In this document: positions 55,123 through 64,000 of the stretch, piece by piece | Numbering within the stretch: position 1 is the first letter of the stretch | Layout of the letters: each line of letters begins with the position of its first letter | DNA from: an uncultured Desulfospira sp. | Lineage (GTDB): Bacteria; Desulfobacterota; Desulfobacteria; Desulfobacterales; Desulfobacteraceae | Direction of reading: 5' to 3' | NCBI GenBank assembly: GCA_963663165.1 | Contig: OY760175.1 | Coordinates: 2,880,001 to 2,944,000, forward strand | Length of the DNA: 64,000 nucleotides | The notes under the pieces: generated by a model | Told to the model about the DNA's origin: nothing | What the model saw: the letters and a program-made list of their open reading frames with translations, nothing else | Database searches by the model: none | Position numbers and translations under genes: made by a program

Positions 55123-57354
55123 TCATTTTCCCACCGCAATCCGCCCGTCCCATTCCCTGTCCGGCGCTGTTTTTTTATAGGCCTCACACAGCCCGAGATA
55201 GAACAGGGACGGGCCGTCATTCTCCCGGCAGGCCATGCATTCCGTGAACCCGTGTGCGGCCTTGTCAAAGTCGCCTTGTTTGAAAAGATCAAGGGCCTTT
55301 TCGAACATACCGCAAAGGGTTTCGTCCTGTGGGGTTGACTCGCCGGTACGGCCAATTAACTCGTAGACGGGAAGGGGCGCGGATTTTCCGGCCAGAACAA
55401 AATCCCCCAGTTTACGGCTTAAGATCCCGTCCACCCCGGACAGGACGTCCCCTGAAACCAGAACCCAGGTCCCCAGTTTCTTGTTCAGGCTTTCCAGGCG
55501 GGAGGCCGTGTTAACGGCATCTCCCATGGGGGTATAATCATAATGGTCGATGCTGCCGATATTTCCGTAAAAGAACTGGCCGGAATGAATCCCGATGCGC
55601 GTGGGCAGAACCGGGGCATTGGGCTGCAAATGGTGCTGTTCAACCGCACTGATAATGTCCAGGGCCGCAAGGCAGGCCTTTTTGCACAGGTTTTGATCAG
55701 GGGACAGGCCGACCCACAGCACCAGCATCCCGTCACCGACAATTTTGGACAAAATACCGCCGTGCCGGGCAATGGGTTTGGAAATTTCACCATAGTATTG
55801 GTTCATCAGCCGTCCCAGCTCCATGGGAGATACGGTTTCCGAAAGGGCTGTAAAGTGCTTTGCATCGGTGAACATGCAAGCCCCATGGACCATCTGGCTG
55901 CTATTCCGGATATCGGATACATTTTCCACCAGTTGATCCACCAGATGATCCGGGACATAATAGCCAAACACCTGGCGGATTCTGGCCCGCTCTTTTTTAA
56001 TCTGCCGGTTCTTCCATAAAACCGATAGAAAGAATGCTGCAGGCGCCTGTATGATAATGGGAATCACCAATGGATACCAGGCCCCTGAACGGCTGAATGC
56101 AAAAAAGGAGACGGTCAGCCAGGCGCCGCTTAAACCGGATACGGCCAAGGCTGAGACACGGGAGGAAGGAAACCAGCAGATCAGGCCCAGCAAGATCCCC
56201 CAGGCCAGAACAAACCACTGGTGATGCCCCATGGACAGACGTTGGATCTGGCAGTCCTCCCAAAAATTTGAAAAGGCCGTGGCCAGTATTTCAACCCCGT
56301 TTAAATCAACCCCGTCAGACCGGGAAAACACCGTGGGAAAACTGTCTTTCTGCTTGGCGGAAATAAGCTCGGAAAGGCCGACAAACACCACCGTTCCCGG
56401 CGGTATGTCCCTATCCATTGCCTCAACGCAGGACAGGGTGGCAAATGAGCCCGACGGTCCGTAAAAATTCAGGTACCGGGTGTTGCCCTGATATAATTTA
56501 ACAAGGGTTTTAAGGACCTTTCTTTTTCGGGGGTCCGCCTTGTCCGGCGGCTGCTTTTCCAGGTCCTCCAAAAGGAGTTGAAATTGATCCGGATGGGTGT
56601 CAAATAAATTTTTTACCCCGCGTATCCGGGTTTCGATCCGGTCAGAGGGCATATGGCCGGCATGGGTGTGAAGCAGCTTTTCTACGGCATCCGGGTCAAT
56701 TTTTCCCAACAGGCGATAAAAATCGCCATGATCCTGCCGGGATAAAAAATGAACCAGGATTACCGGCAGGGTGGGCCTGCCGTCAAGATCGGGTTTAAAG
56801 GTCCAGTACCGGCTGACCTGGCGCGGTGTCTTGGGCAGGGCAAACGGAGCACATGCCGCGGCATTTTGCCTGAGAACGGGAATCACGGGAAAAAACTTCC
56901 GGGCGGACAGCCCGGTTATCCGGCCGGACTGGTCCCTGAGACGAATCATTTCAAAGTCTTCATGCAGCAGAACGTTTCCGGCCTTTTGAATGGATTGGGC
57001 CAGGATGAGATCTTCTTGTTTTCGGCCCTCATGCTTAAAACTGACATCAAAGCATATGGCCGCTGCCCCATTACCGGACAAATGGTCAATCAGTCCGGCC
57101 AGAAAGGCCCTGGGCCATTCCGGGGTTTCAGACAAAGAATCCCCGCCCATGCGCTTGTCAAGGCTTACAATCAGGACGTTGGAAGGCGGCGGAACCGGCC
57201 CCCTTAGTTTGAACAGGAGGCCAAGGCCGTATCTTTCCTCTAATCCAAGCCCTCCTAAAGGGCCGGCGAAGAGCCCTAAAACGGCGGTAAACGCGCCCAG
57301 CAAGACGATGCGGGTAAGGTGCCGGCCCATGGAATTTCCCAAGATGCTCCCCAC
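55123..57354 (-). CDS. CHASE2-domain class III adenylate cyclase
   Basis: LFKLRGP, WPRA, AICFDV, GVEILATA (CHASE2); three TMs; FTDAKHFTALSE, KIVGDG, RIGIHSG, YTPMGDAVNTASRLE. Confidence 0.92.
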   Translation of the reverse strand: MGSILGNSMGRHLTRIVLLGAFTAVLGLFAGPLGGLGLEERYGLGLLFKLRGPVPPPSNVLIVSLDKRMGGDSLSETPEWPRAFLAGLIDHLSGNGAAAICFDVSFKHEGRKQEDLILAQSIQKAGNVLLHEDFEMIRLRDQSGRITGLSARKFFPVIPVLRQNAAACAPFALPKTPRQVSRYWTFKPDLDGRPTLPVILVHFLSRQDHGDFYRLLGKIDPDAVEKLLHTHAGHMPSDRIETRIRGVKNLFDTHPDQFQLLLEDLEKQPPDKADPRKRKVLKTLVKLYQGNTRYLNFYGPSGSFATLSCVEAMDRDIPPGTVVFVGLSELISAKQKDSFPTVFSRSDGVDLNGVEILATAFSNFWEDCQIQRLSMGHHQWFVLAWGILLGLICWFPSSRVSALAVSGLSGAWLTVSFFAFSRSGAWYPLVIPIIIQAPAAFFLSVLWKNRQIKKERARIRQVFGYYVPDHLVDQLVENVSDIRNSSQMVHGACMFTDAKHFTALSETVSPMELGRLMNQYYGEISKPIARHGGILSKIVGDGMLVLWVGLSPDQNLCKKACLAALDIISAVEQHHLQPNAPVLPTRIGIHSGQFFYGNIGSIDHYDYTPMGDAVNTASRLESLNKKLGTWVLVSGDVLSGVDGILSRKLGDFVLAGKSAPLPVYELIGRTGESTPQDETLCGMFEKALDLFKQGDFDKAAHGFTECMACRENDGPSLFYLGLCEAYKKTAPDREWDGRIAVGK

Positions 57355-57378
57355 TTGTTTTTAACGGTTGAACAACGG

Positions 57379-58416
57379 TTATTGGCCCAGGTAGGTTTTG
57401 GGGTTCTCGTTGGCTATTTTCCAGAATAAATCTTCGCCCAGGGCATACCGCAGATCTATGGACAGCCGTTTCTCCGAGTATTGTTCACACTCAGCCATAT
57501 AAAAATCAGACCCGAACAAAACCTTATCCAGCACATCGTTATTCTGGAGCAGCATTTTTAATAATGGAACATTCTCAGTCAGGTTAAACACTGTATAGGA
57601 GATATCTGTATACAAATTCGGATATGCGCGGCTTTTGATCATTTCCAGTATTTTCTGAAGCCAGGTTGATGCCGCCTGGTTCCGGGGAAAATCCAGATGC
57701 TTTTGCCATTCGCCGCTGCCGCCGAAATGGGCCAGGCAGATTCGAAGTTCAGGGTATGCCTTCATCACGGTTTGGTACCGGTCCGGATCTGCCAGGGCAT
57801 GGGCCGCCTGGGGGCTCAGCGCTTTGGAGGTCGCTGTCCCGGGAGAGCAGTGGGATAAAAGGGGGATATCCTTTTCTGCCATATAGGGGTATATCCGGTT
57901 CATCAAGACCTCATGGTCCGGGCTGTAGCCAAGGGGCGGGTAGATTTTAACCCCTTTGAACCCGTGATCCTCGACCAGGGTGCGCAGCCGGTCAAGGGCA
58001 TTGTTCCGTCTGGGTTCGATATGGGCAAAGGGAATCAGGATATCCTTGTAATCTTCCTTCTTTGAAAGCCTTGCCAGTTCGGCATGCTGCCCGTCAATGT
58101 CCTCAACAACGCTGCCCGCCCCCATAAAGGCCATATCCATGGGAAGGATAACAAATCTGGTTCCTGTAGGATAATATCCCATTAACTGCTTTAAATTCCC
58201 TTCCTGGGTTTCCCTGTATGCGGATTTCAAGAATGCCGCGTACCGGTTGATTTTATCGTTTTTTGTCCAGGGGACGATCCCTTTCATGATGCCGCTTAGA
58301 CCGGCCCGCAAATATTGATTTCGTATGGCGGCAACCAGACGGAACGGAAAGTAGCCGTCCGGAAGGTTTTCATGGGTAAAAATATGCGCATGGCAATTGT
58401 AAATCACACGATCCAT
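57379..58416 (-). CDS. Amidohydrolase_2 family metal-dependent hydrolase
   Basis: NCHAHIF, GVKIYPPLGY, SHCS, LAHFGG, YTDISY, LFGSDF. Confidence 0.88.
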   Translation of the reverse strand: MDRVIYNCHAHIFTHENLPDGYFPFRLVAAIRNQYLRAGLSGIMKGIVPWTKNDKINRYAAFLKSAYRETQEGNLKQLMGYYPTGTRFVILPMDMAFMGAGSVVEDIDGQHAELARLSKKEDYKDILIPFAHIEPRRNNALDRLRTLVEDHGFKGVKIYPPLGYSPDHEVLMNRIYPYMAEKDIPLLSHCSPGTATSKALSPQAAHALADPDRYQTVMKAYPELRICLAHFGGSGEWQKHLDFPRNQAASTWLQKILEMIKSRAYPNLYTDISYTVFNLTENVPLLKMLLQNNDVLDKVLFGSDFYMAECEQYSEKRLSIDLRYALGEDLFWKIANENPKTYLGQ

Positions 58417-58487
58417 TAAAGCCTCCTTTAGCGGGTTTGCGGCGTGAATATTTTTTTGGCGTTTTACCGTGGCCGTCTAATTTTTTT

Positions 58488-58639
58488 GTAACTATTCAGC
58501 TAATGCTGAAAACTAAACAAAACCAGGGGCCGTAACTGCTCATCAGTGCTTCATATTTGTTTAGTCAGGACTTCGTAGCATACTTTTGCTATGTGAGAAG
58601 GCCTGAATGAGCGAAGATGGGGCACTGCTGAACAGTTAC
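58488..58639 (+). mobile_element. 150-bp MITE-like element family A
   Basis: TIR GTAACTATTCAGC...GCTGAACAGTTAC; near-identical to 4550-4701; flanked by T-runs. Confidence 0.85.
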
Positions 58640-58752
58640 ATTTTTTTTAAGAACGGGGAACCCAGCCGGCCGGGATATGTAAGGCAATCAGAGGTTGCAA
58701 TAATTTTTGTTTAACACACCTGCCATGTTAGGGACAAGCGGAATTTCCGCCT

Positions 58753-58868
58753 CCGGTCTCCGGTTTCCAGTTTCCGACCTCCTGTTTCCTGTTTCTTGCT
58801 TCCTGCTTCCTGTTTCTTGTTTCTTGTTCCCTGTTTCTTGTTTCCTGTTTCTTGTTTCTTGTTTCTTG
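58753..58868. repeat. Heptamer tandem repeat (GTTTCTT/GTTTCCT)n
   Basis: About 16 degenerate 7-mers ending just before the ribB promoter. Confidence 0.9.
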
Positions 58869-58875
58869 CCACTTG

Positions 58876-58904
58876 TTGACATTCCCCCAAGCTTTGGCTA
58901 TGGT
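58876..58904 (+). promoter_or_regulatory. Sigma70-type promoter for the FMN riboswitch-ribB leader
   Basis: TTGACA-N17-TATGGT. Confidence 0.65.
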
Positions 58905-58940
58905 ACCCCGGGCCTGAAAATGTCAGGTCAAATTTGTTTT

Positions 58941-59089
58941 TGTTCTCAGGGCGGGGTGAAATTCCCCACCGGCGGTATCCCGGAGCAATTCTTCCGGGGA
59001 GCCCGCGAGCGCTTTGCAGCCATCTGCGAAGGCCAGCAGACCCGGTGAGACGCCGGGGCCGACGGTTACAGTCCGGATGAAAGAGAATA
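58941..59089 (+). ncRNA. FMN riboswitch (RFN element)
   Basis: AGGGCGGGGTGAAATTCCCCACCGGCGGT, AGCCCGCGAGCG, AGCAGACCCGGTGAGACGCCGGGGCCGACGGTTACAGTCCGGATGAAAGA; upstream of ribB. Confidence 0.97.
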
Positions 59090-59210
59090 ATTACGGTACG
59101 CATTCTAACCAAAGCCGTCGGCCGTTAACAGCCGGTGTACGGTTTTGGGTTTTCCGTTTTTTATTCCCCCTGATTCATGACGGTTATGATTACTTTTAAG
59201 GAGATGTATC

Positions 59211-59867
59211 ATGAATCAGAGTCTGTTAACTCGATTTGGAAATTCTGAACAACGGGTGGAAAACGCGCTCAAATCCCTCCGGCAGGGCAATGGCGTCCTG
59301 GTGACTGATGATGAAGACCGGGAAAATGAAGGGGACCTTATCTTTAGTGCCCAGTCCCTTACCGCCGGCCAGATGGCCATGATGATCAGAGAATGCAGCG
59401 GCATTGTCTGCCTGTGCCTGACCCCCGGAAAAGTTGAATCCCTCAAGCTCCCCATGATGGTGGAAAACAACCAGAGCCGGTACCAGACCGCTTTTACCGT
59501 TTCCATAGAAGCGGCCCAGGGGGTAACCACGGGGGTATCGGCCAAAGACCGGGTCCGGACCGTTCAGGCTGCGGCAGCCGCCGATGCCAAACCCGAAGAT
59601 CTCAACAGTCCGGGCCATGTATTCCCCTTGCGGGCCAGACCCGGCGGGGTTCTTGAACGGGGCGGCCATACCGAGGCCACGGTGGATCTCATGCAGCTGG
59701 CAGGGCTTGACCCTGTCGGGGTCCTGTGCGAACTGACCAACCCCGACGGCACCATGGCACGGCTTGCACAAGTTGTGGCCTTTGCCGAAAAAAACGACTT
59801 CCCTGTGCTGACCATTGAAGACCTGGTCCTTTACCGGAAAAAAATGGACTTTCAAAAAGCCGGATAA
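59211..59867 (+). CDS. ribB: 3,4-dihydroxy-2-butanone-4-phosphate synthase
   Basis: [42 protein letters not shown]. Confidence 0.97.
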   Translation: MNQSLLTRFGNSEQRVENALKSLRQGNGVLVTDDEDRENEGDLIFSAQSLTAGQMAMMIRECSGIVCLCLTPGKVESLKLPMMVENNQSRYQTAFTVSIEAAQGVTTGVSAKDRVRTVQAAAAADAKPEDLNSPGHVFPLRARPGGVLERGGHTEATVDLMQLAGLDPVGVLCELTNPDGTMARLAQVVAFAEKNDFPVLTIEDLVLYRKKMDFQKAG

Positions 59868-59902
59868 ACCGTAAAACCGTTAAAACGAAGAAGGAAGACA
59901 CC

Positions 59903-60358
59903 ATGACGGATTTAATTGAAAAGTTCAACCTGACCCCCCATCCTGAAGGCGGCTATTACCGGGAAATTCACCGGTCCGGCCTGATGGTGGCATCCGGCCC
60001 GGCAAATGCCCGTCGAAACGCCCTGACCCATATTTACTTTCTGCTCACCCAGGACGATATCAGCCGGTTCCACAAGGTCATCCACGATGAGGTCTGGAAC
60101 TTTTACCAGGGAGATCCCGTCAACCTCCTTCTTTATACCCAGGGCCGGATAACGGAAACTCTGCTGGGGCCGGACTGTCCGGCCCTGGTGGTCCCGGCCG
60201 GCACCTGGCAGGCAGCCGCCCCCACCGGAGCATACGGGCTGGTGGGCTGTTCCGTGGCCCCGGGGTTTGATTTTGCCGATTTTTCCTTTCTGTCGGATAC
60301 CCCCAAAGACCTGGCAGAATTCACCGCTGCCAGCGAAAAATATAAAAAATACCTTTAA
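59903..60358 (+). CDS. Cupin_5 (DUF985) family protein
   Basis: LTPHPEGGYYRE, IYFLL, EVWNFYQGDP, CSVAPGFDFADF. Confidence 0.9.
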   Translation: MTDLIEKFNLTPHPEGGYYREIHRSGLMVASGPANARRNALTHIYFLLTQDDISRFHKVIHDEVWNFYQGDPVNLLLYTQGRITETLLGPDCPALVVPAGTWQAAAPTGAYGLVGCSVAPGFDFADFSFLSDTPKDLAEFTAASEKYKKYL

Positions 60359-60520
60359 AACCGCTCCAAAATCCTTATTATTTTTCTTTAACGGCCAAAG
60401 GCCGGGCTTAGATATTTATCCAGGCCCGCGCAGAACCAAACATAAAAATCGATGAAGACTGCTGAACGGGCCATTTTCATCCTTCAGCCTTCATCCTTTC
60501 AAAAGGGGGGGGAGATAATA

Positions 60521-60871
60521 ATGAAAGCAGTAAACTATAAGGATATCCCGGCCACGGTGATTGAAAATAAAGGCGTGAAAAATGTCTCCGGAAGGGTGTT
60601 GATCGGCAAGGCCGATGGCGCCCCCAATTTTTGCATGAGAATGTTTGAAGTGGGGAAAGACGGCTTTGCCCCCCGGCACAGCCATGAGTGGGAACATGAG
60701 ATCTTTGTCCTTGAGGGTGACGGTGAAGTCCTGATCGGCGATACCTGGCATCCCCTTTCCCAGGGGTCGGTGGTATTTGTCCCGGGGAATCTGGAACACC
60801 AGCTCAAAAACACGGGGGATGGCACCTTCAGATTCATCTGCCTGGTACCGCCCCAGGCCCCGGAAATGTAA
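60521..60871 (+). CDS. Cupin domain protein
   Basis: GAPNFCMRMFE, PRHSHEWEHEIFVLEG, VFVPGNLEHQ. Confidence 0.9.
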   Translation: MKAVNYKDIPATVIENKGVKNVSGRVLIGKADGAPNFCMRMFEVGKDGFAPRHSHEWEHEIFVLEGDGEVLIGDTWHPLSQGSVVFVPGNLEHQLKNTGDGTFRFICLVPPQAPEM

Positions 60872-60955
60872 AGACAGGGGCTTAGGCTGAAACATCCCGT
60901 TCCTTATTGCCCTTCAGCCTTCAGCCTATCCACCTAATTTAAAAAAGGAACACTC

Positions 60956-62614
60956 ATGAATCTGCGCACCTGTGTCCATCCTGAAGGCCGGTTCATTGTC
61001 GGCCGCCACTCACCGGGTTTTAAAGTTAAAAACTTAAGGGAAAACGATTACCTGGAAGCTTTAGGATCCCTGGAAGACCGGACAGCTGTGGACAACCGGG
61101 CTAATTTCCCCATGGGCGACGTCCATGAACCCGGGGCAGACCTGATTTATGAGATCGCCAATCCGTTTCCCTTCAGGGGGGCCACCTTTATCAACTCGGC
61201 CTGGGCTGATCCCAAGGCCGGCAGGCCGGACACCATCGGGCTTGCCAAACCGGCCCGTTGCTCCCTGTTCAAGGCTCTGGAACAGTGGGACCCTGAACTG
61301 CCCCGGCCGGAAAAAATCAAATTTTTAGAGGCCCTGCCCCGGCCCTTGCGCCTGGCCCTGGCCCAGGCGTCTACGGATCCCGATGAACTGGCCGCCATGG
61401 CCGGCCTTTGCTGCGCCATCCAGTTTGATCCGGAGTCTAACGCACCGGTGGGATTAGGTTATAAAAAACACCCCACCGGACATGAAGTTCCCGATATCCG
61501 GGACCATGAGGTGTTTGAAGTCCTGGTCAATAACCCTCATCTGCCGGATCCTTATAAAAATGCCATGGTCCTCAAACCGGGGATCCAGGGCAAAAGCGAG
61601 ATCATTGGGGAGTATCTGTCGGAAGATAAGTCCACCCACGTGTTTGAGTACCTGAGAAGGAACTCATACATTCCCTGGGGCCACTTTGCCGCCAACATGG
61701 CCAACGACGCCATCCGGTACCGGGCAGCCGACTTAAGCCCTCAGGACATGACCGGGCTGCGCCATCTGTATTACCAGCGAATTTACGTCAGGGTTGCCCA
61801 AGAACTTTGCCTGCCGCTGCCTGGAAATCGCGGATGTCTGTCCCCCCAGGCCCTGGAAGTTCTGCGGACCGCCCTGGTTGCGGCCATCCAGAAAAACCCC
61901 GGCACCCCTCTGGGGTTTAATGCATCCCTGTGGGGATGGAATTACGGATTTGGAGCGGCCCAGTCCGGCCACAGGCTTCATGCCTCCCACCAGATGATCC
62001 ACCAGCAGAACGCCATGATCCCGGCCCGGATTCCCGATACCACAGGACAAACAGATTCCCCCTGTTTTGCCGCCGGAGACCTGGTCGCTGATTTTATCAC
62101 AGCATATGAGAAAGCCCACGGGGTTAATTTCTTTGACGCCTATATCAAGGCGATTCAGACCAATGAGCGGACCGACCAGCGGCCAACCGGCAGCGCTTCC
62201 CTGGTTGTCCACGAAGATGAGAATGTGATTCTGTTTGCCCCCAAGGCCCAGGTCAGCGAATGGGAGCTTCAGCTCATGGCCAAAACGCCCTGCGCCCACA
62301 TTCTGGAAGCGGACACGGCCATGCGGCAATCCCTTGATACGGGGATTTACATGGCCATACAGGCCTTGGAAGGGCTTGGGGCCACCATGGTCACGTCCAT
62401 AGAGCTGTCCGGCCGGCTGGACCGCTTTAATTCAGGCCAGCACCTGGTTTACGCCTTTATCCCAAGGCTTCCCTATGCGCCGGGCACCTTTTCCGAAGCC
62501 CAACTCAGGTTTATCAGCGGCTGTTTTCCCGAAGACTTTGCCCACGGTTGCCGGAAAAAACTCACCACTATTTTCAGGGCGGGTTCAGTACCTGCCCAAA
62601 GCGAGGGACCATGA
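60956..62614 (+). CDS. Hypothetical protein with HIT/GalT-like C-terminal region
   Basis: 552-aa ORF with AAGGA RBS; WNYG...LHASHQMIHQQ and LVVHEDENVILFAPKA...WELQL. Confidence 0.65.
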   Translation: MNLRTCVHPEGRFIVGRHSPGFKVKNLRENDYLEALGSLEDRTAVDNRANFPMGDVHEPGADLIYEIANPFPFRGATFINSAWADPKAGRPDTIGLAKPARCSLFKALEQWDPELPRPEKIKFLEALPRPLRLALAQASTDPDELAAMAGLCCAIQFDPESNAPVGLGYKKHPTGHEVPDIRDHEVFEVLVNNPHLPDPYKNAMVLKPGIQGKSEIIGEYLSEDKSTHVFEYLRRNSYIPWGHFAANMANDAIRYRAADLSPQDMTGLRHLYYQRIYVRVAQELCLPLPGNRGCLSPQALEVLRTALVAAIQKNPGTPLGFNASLWGWNYGFGAAQSGHRLHASHQMIHQQNAMIPARIPDTTGQTDSPCFAAGDLVADFITAYEKAHGVNFFDAYIKAIQTNERTDQRPTGSASLVVHEDENVILFAPKAQVSEWELQLMAKTPCAHILEADTAMRQSLDTGIYMAIQALEGLGATMVTSIELSGRLDRFNSGQHLVYAFIPRLPYAPGTFSEAQLRFISGCFPEDFAHGCRKKLTTIFRAGSVPAQSEGP

Positions 62615-63036
62615 TTCTCCACGATATCACCTATGAATGGGACGGAAAAACCCACACCGGCAAAAAACCCATTACCTGGTGGCCCGGGGCCTACCGGGTC
62701 AGAATCGTCCGGCTGGGAACCGACACGGGGAACGTCAGCTTTCTGACCCCGTTTGCCGTCATCTGCAAGGGCATCCCCAAAAAAGAGGTCCTGAATACGT
62801 CCTTAAGAAACTGTATTGAAAACTTCGCCAAAGCCATATCAAAAGAGTATCAGCTTGATATTGCCAAGGCCCTGTGGGTGGAATTAGGAGATCCGGTTAA
62901 AGTGGCCCTGTTCAAGAAAGGAGGGAATCTAACCGACGAAACCTTCTATACGGTCACCTGGCGCCCGGCCCGGCCCCCTGAACTGGCCATGATCGAACCC
63001 TATATTTCCGATATGAATCCGGCGGGACCACACTAA
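62611..63036 (+). CDS. Hypothetical protein
   Basis: ATGA overlap with the upstream gene; GAGG RBS. Confidence 0.65.
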   Translation: MILHDITYEWDGKTHTGKKPITWWPGAYRVRIVRLGTDTGNVSFLTPFAVICKGIPKKEVLNTSLRNCIENFAKAISKEYQLDIAKALWVELGDPVKVALFKKGGNLTDETFYTVTWRPARPPELAMIEPYISDMNPAGPH

Positions 63037-63200
63037 AAGCGATTGCCGTCTTTTTATCCCACCGCTATGCAATAGTAAGTAAAGTGGCCAGCCAGGAAAG
63101 ACCATTCAAGACATAGATCCCTTTGCACTCAAAGGATCAATAGCGACCCTTTTTCTAGGGAATTTTTTACATACCACTGTCGATTTCAAAAAACGACCAC

Positions 63201-63265
63201 ACTTGTACGAAATAGTGGACAAGTTTAAAATTAATCATTATACTTGTGCTATAAAAAGAACAAGT
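63201..63265. promoter_or_regulatory. Two palindromic operators upstream of yefM-yoeB
   Basis: ACTTGT-N12-ACAAGT at 63201-63224 and 63242-63265. Confidence 0.75.
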
Positions 63266-63277
63266 TTGGAGAGCATT

Positions 63278-63532
63278 ATGAGAATTGTCAATTTTAGCGA
63301 AGCACGAAACAATTTAAAGACTGTTTTAAATCAAGTGGCAGACGATGCTGATTATACAATCATTACACGTCGTGATTCAGAGGACGCTGTAGTAATGTCA
63401 CTGGAAACTTTCAATAGTTTCATGGAGACTTTTTACCTTCTCAGGTCTCCTGCTAATGCGGCACATTTAACGAAATCTATCGAACAATTTAAAAATGGGA
63501 AGGTCCAGGAAAGAGACATAATAGATGGATAG
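63278..63532 (+). CDS. yefM: Phd/YefM family antitoxin
   Basis: VNFSEARNNLK, IITRR...AVVMS, ETFYLLRSPANAAHL. Confidence 0.93.
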   Translation: MRIVNFSEARNNLKTVLNQVADDADYTIITRRDSEDAVVMSLETFNSFMETFYLLRSPANAAHLTKSIEQFKNGKVQERDIIDG

Positions 63533-63785
63533 AAAATTAGCCTGGACCGAAGAAGCATGGAAGGACTATATCTACTGGCAAACACAAGACAAAAAGACAC
63601 TGAAAAGAATTAACAAACTCATTAATGACACAATGAGGCAGCCATTTGAGGGCATAGGGAAACCAGAACCACTGAGAGAAAATCTGTCTGGGTTTTGGTC
63701 CCGAAGAATTGATGATACAAATCGTTTGGTTTACGCTGCCGATGATGAATATCTCACAATCATTTCATGCAGATATCAGTACTAA
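63525..63785 (+). CDS. yoeB: Txe/YoeB family mRNA interferase toxin
   Basis: AWKDYIYWQTQDKK, PFEGIGKPEPL, WSRRIDDTNRLVY, ISCRYQY. Confidence 0.95.
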   Translation: MDRKLAWTEEAWKDYIYWQTQDKKTLKRINKLINDTMRQPFEGIGKPEPLRENLSGFWSRRIDDTNRLVYAADDEYLTIISCRYQY

Positions 63786-63930
63786 CGGCCACGGGCCGTC
63801 TTGGTTATCCAACCGAGAACCGCCCACAACGAATAATGAAACTGAAGATACCAGCAACGGTAGACTATAAATTGGGCACCGCAGGTGCTTCGCCCTCTTG
63901 CCTCTTGTTTCTTGTCTCCAGTTTCTTATA
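63783..63930 (-). repeat. Dispersed repeat family D, long form
   Basis: Near-identical to 48276-48423; begins at the yoeB TAA stop. Confidence 0.9.
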
Positions 63931-64000
63931 AAACCATGGAATCGAACAAAACGGTGCAGGCACACCCGGGCAGGTGTTTCTTTGCGAGAGAGTCTGGAGA

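Noticed and set aside
55123..57354. Cyclase as a Pycsar/CBASS-type anti-phage enzyme
   Set aside because: Membrane-anchored CHASE2 sensor with ATP-specifying Lys/Thr and no adjacent cyclic-nucleotide-binding effector; fits signalling better.
58688..59199. ORFs 58688-58882, 58707-59048, 58711-59112, 59014-59199
   Set aside because: Artefacts of the heptamer tract (KQETGN / FLFPVSC repeats) and the FMN riboswitch.
4839..62655. Numerous 60-260 aa ORFs antisense to or nested in long genes
   Set aside because: Shadow ORFs expected in GC-rich coding DNA; no motifs or RBS.

Overview
Bacterial chromosomal window. Gene content and repeat style suggest a Desulfobacteraceae-like deltaproteobacterium (inference only). 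Housekeeping genes include efpL/yeiP, queD, dnaJ, ubiE/menG, pcm, a cardiolipin synthase, two Hsp20s, and ribB behind an FMN riboswitch. Accessory content: (i) two PEP-CTERM-type genes bracketed by REP-like hairpins next to a broken membrane-sensor gene; (ii) a five-gene circularly permuted ATP-grasp / alpha-E / transglutaminase system with a sigma54-type promoter, split in two by ~10 kb carrying an AbiE toxin-antitoxin pair (toxin frameshifted) and an RND pump whose permease has an apparent in-frame deletion; (iii) a ~4.1 kb Recombinase-In-Trio (RIT)-like element with two extra coupled genes (Cys-rich and winged-helix) and a candidate counter-transcribed small RNA; (iv) a co-oriented cluster of amidohydrolase, CHASE2 adenylate cyclase, FecR-TPR-beta-barrel receptor, a small protein with a C-x8-C hairpin tail and a C25 (gingipain-clan) protease; (v) a YefM-YoeB pair with two operator palindromes. 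Intergenic DNA holds several families of dispersed MITE/REP-like repeats and 7-8-mer tandem tracts. No rRNA, tRNA or CRISPR array was seen. All calls come from motif recognition by eye; no database search was run.
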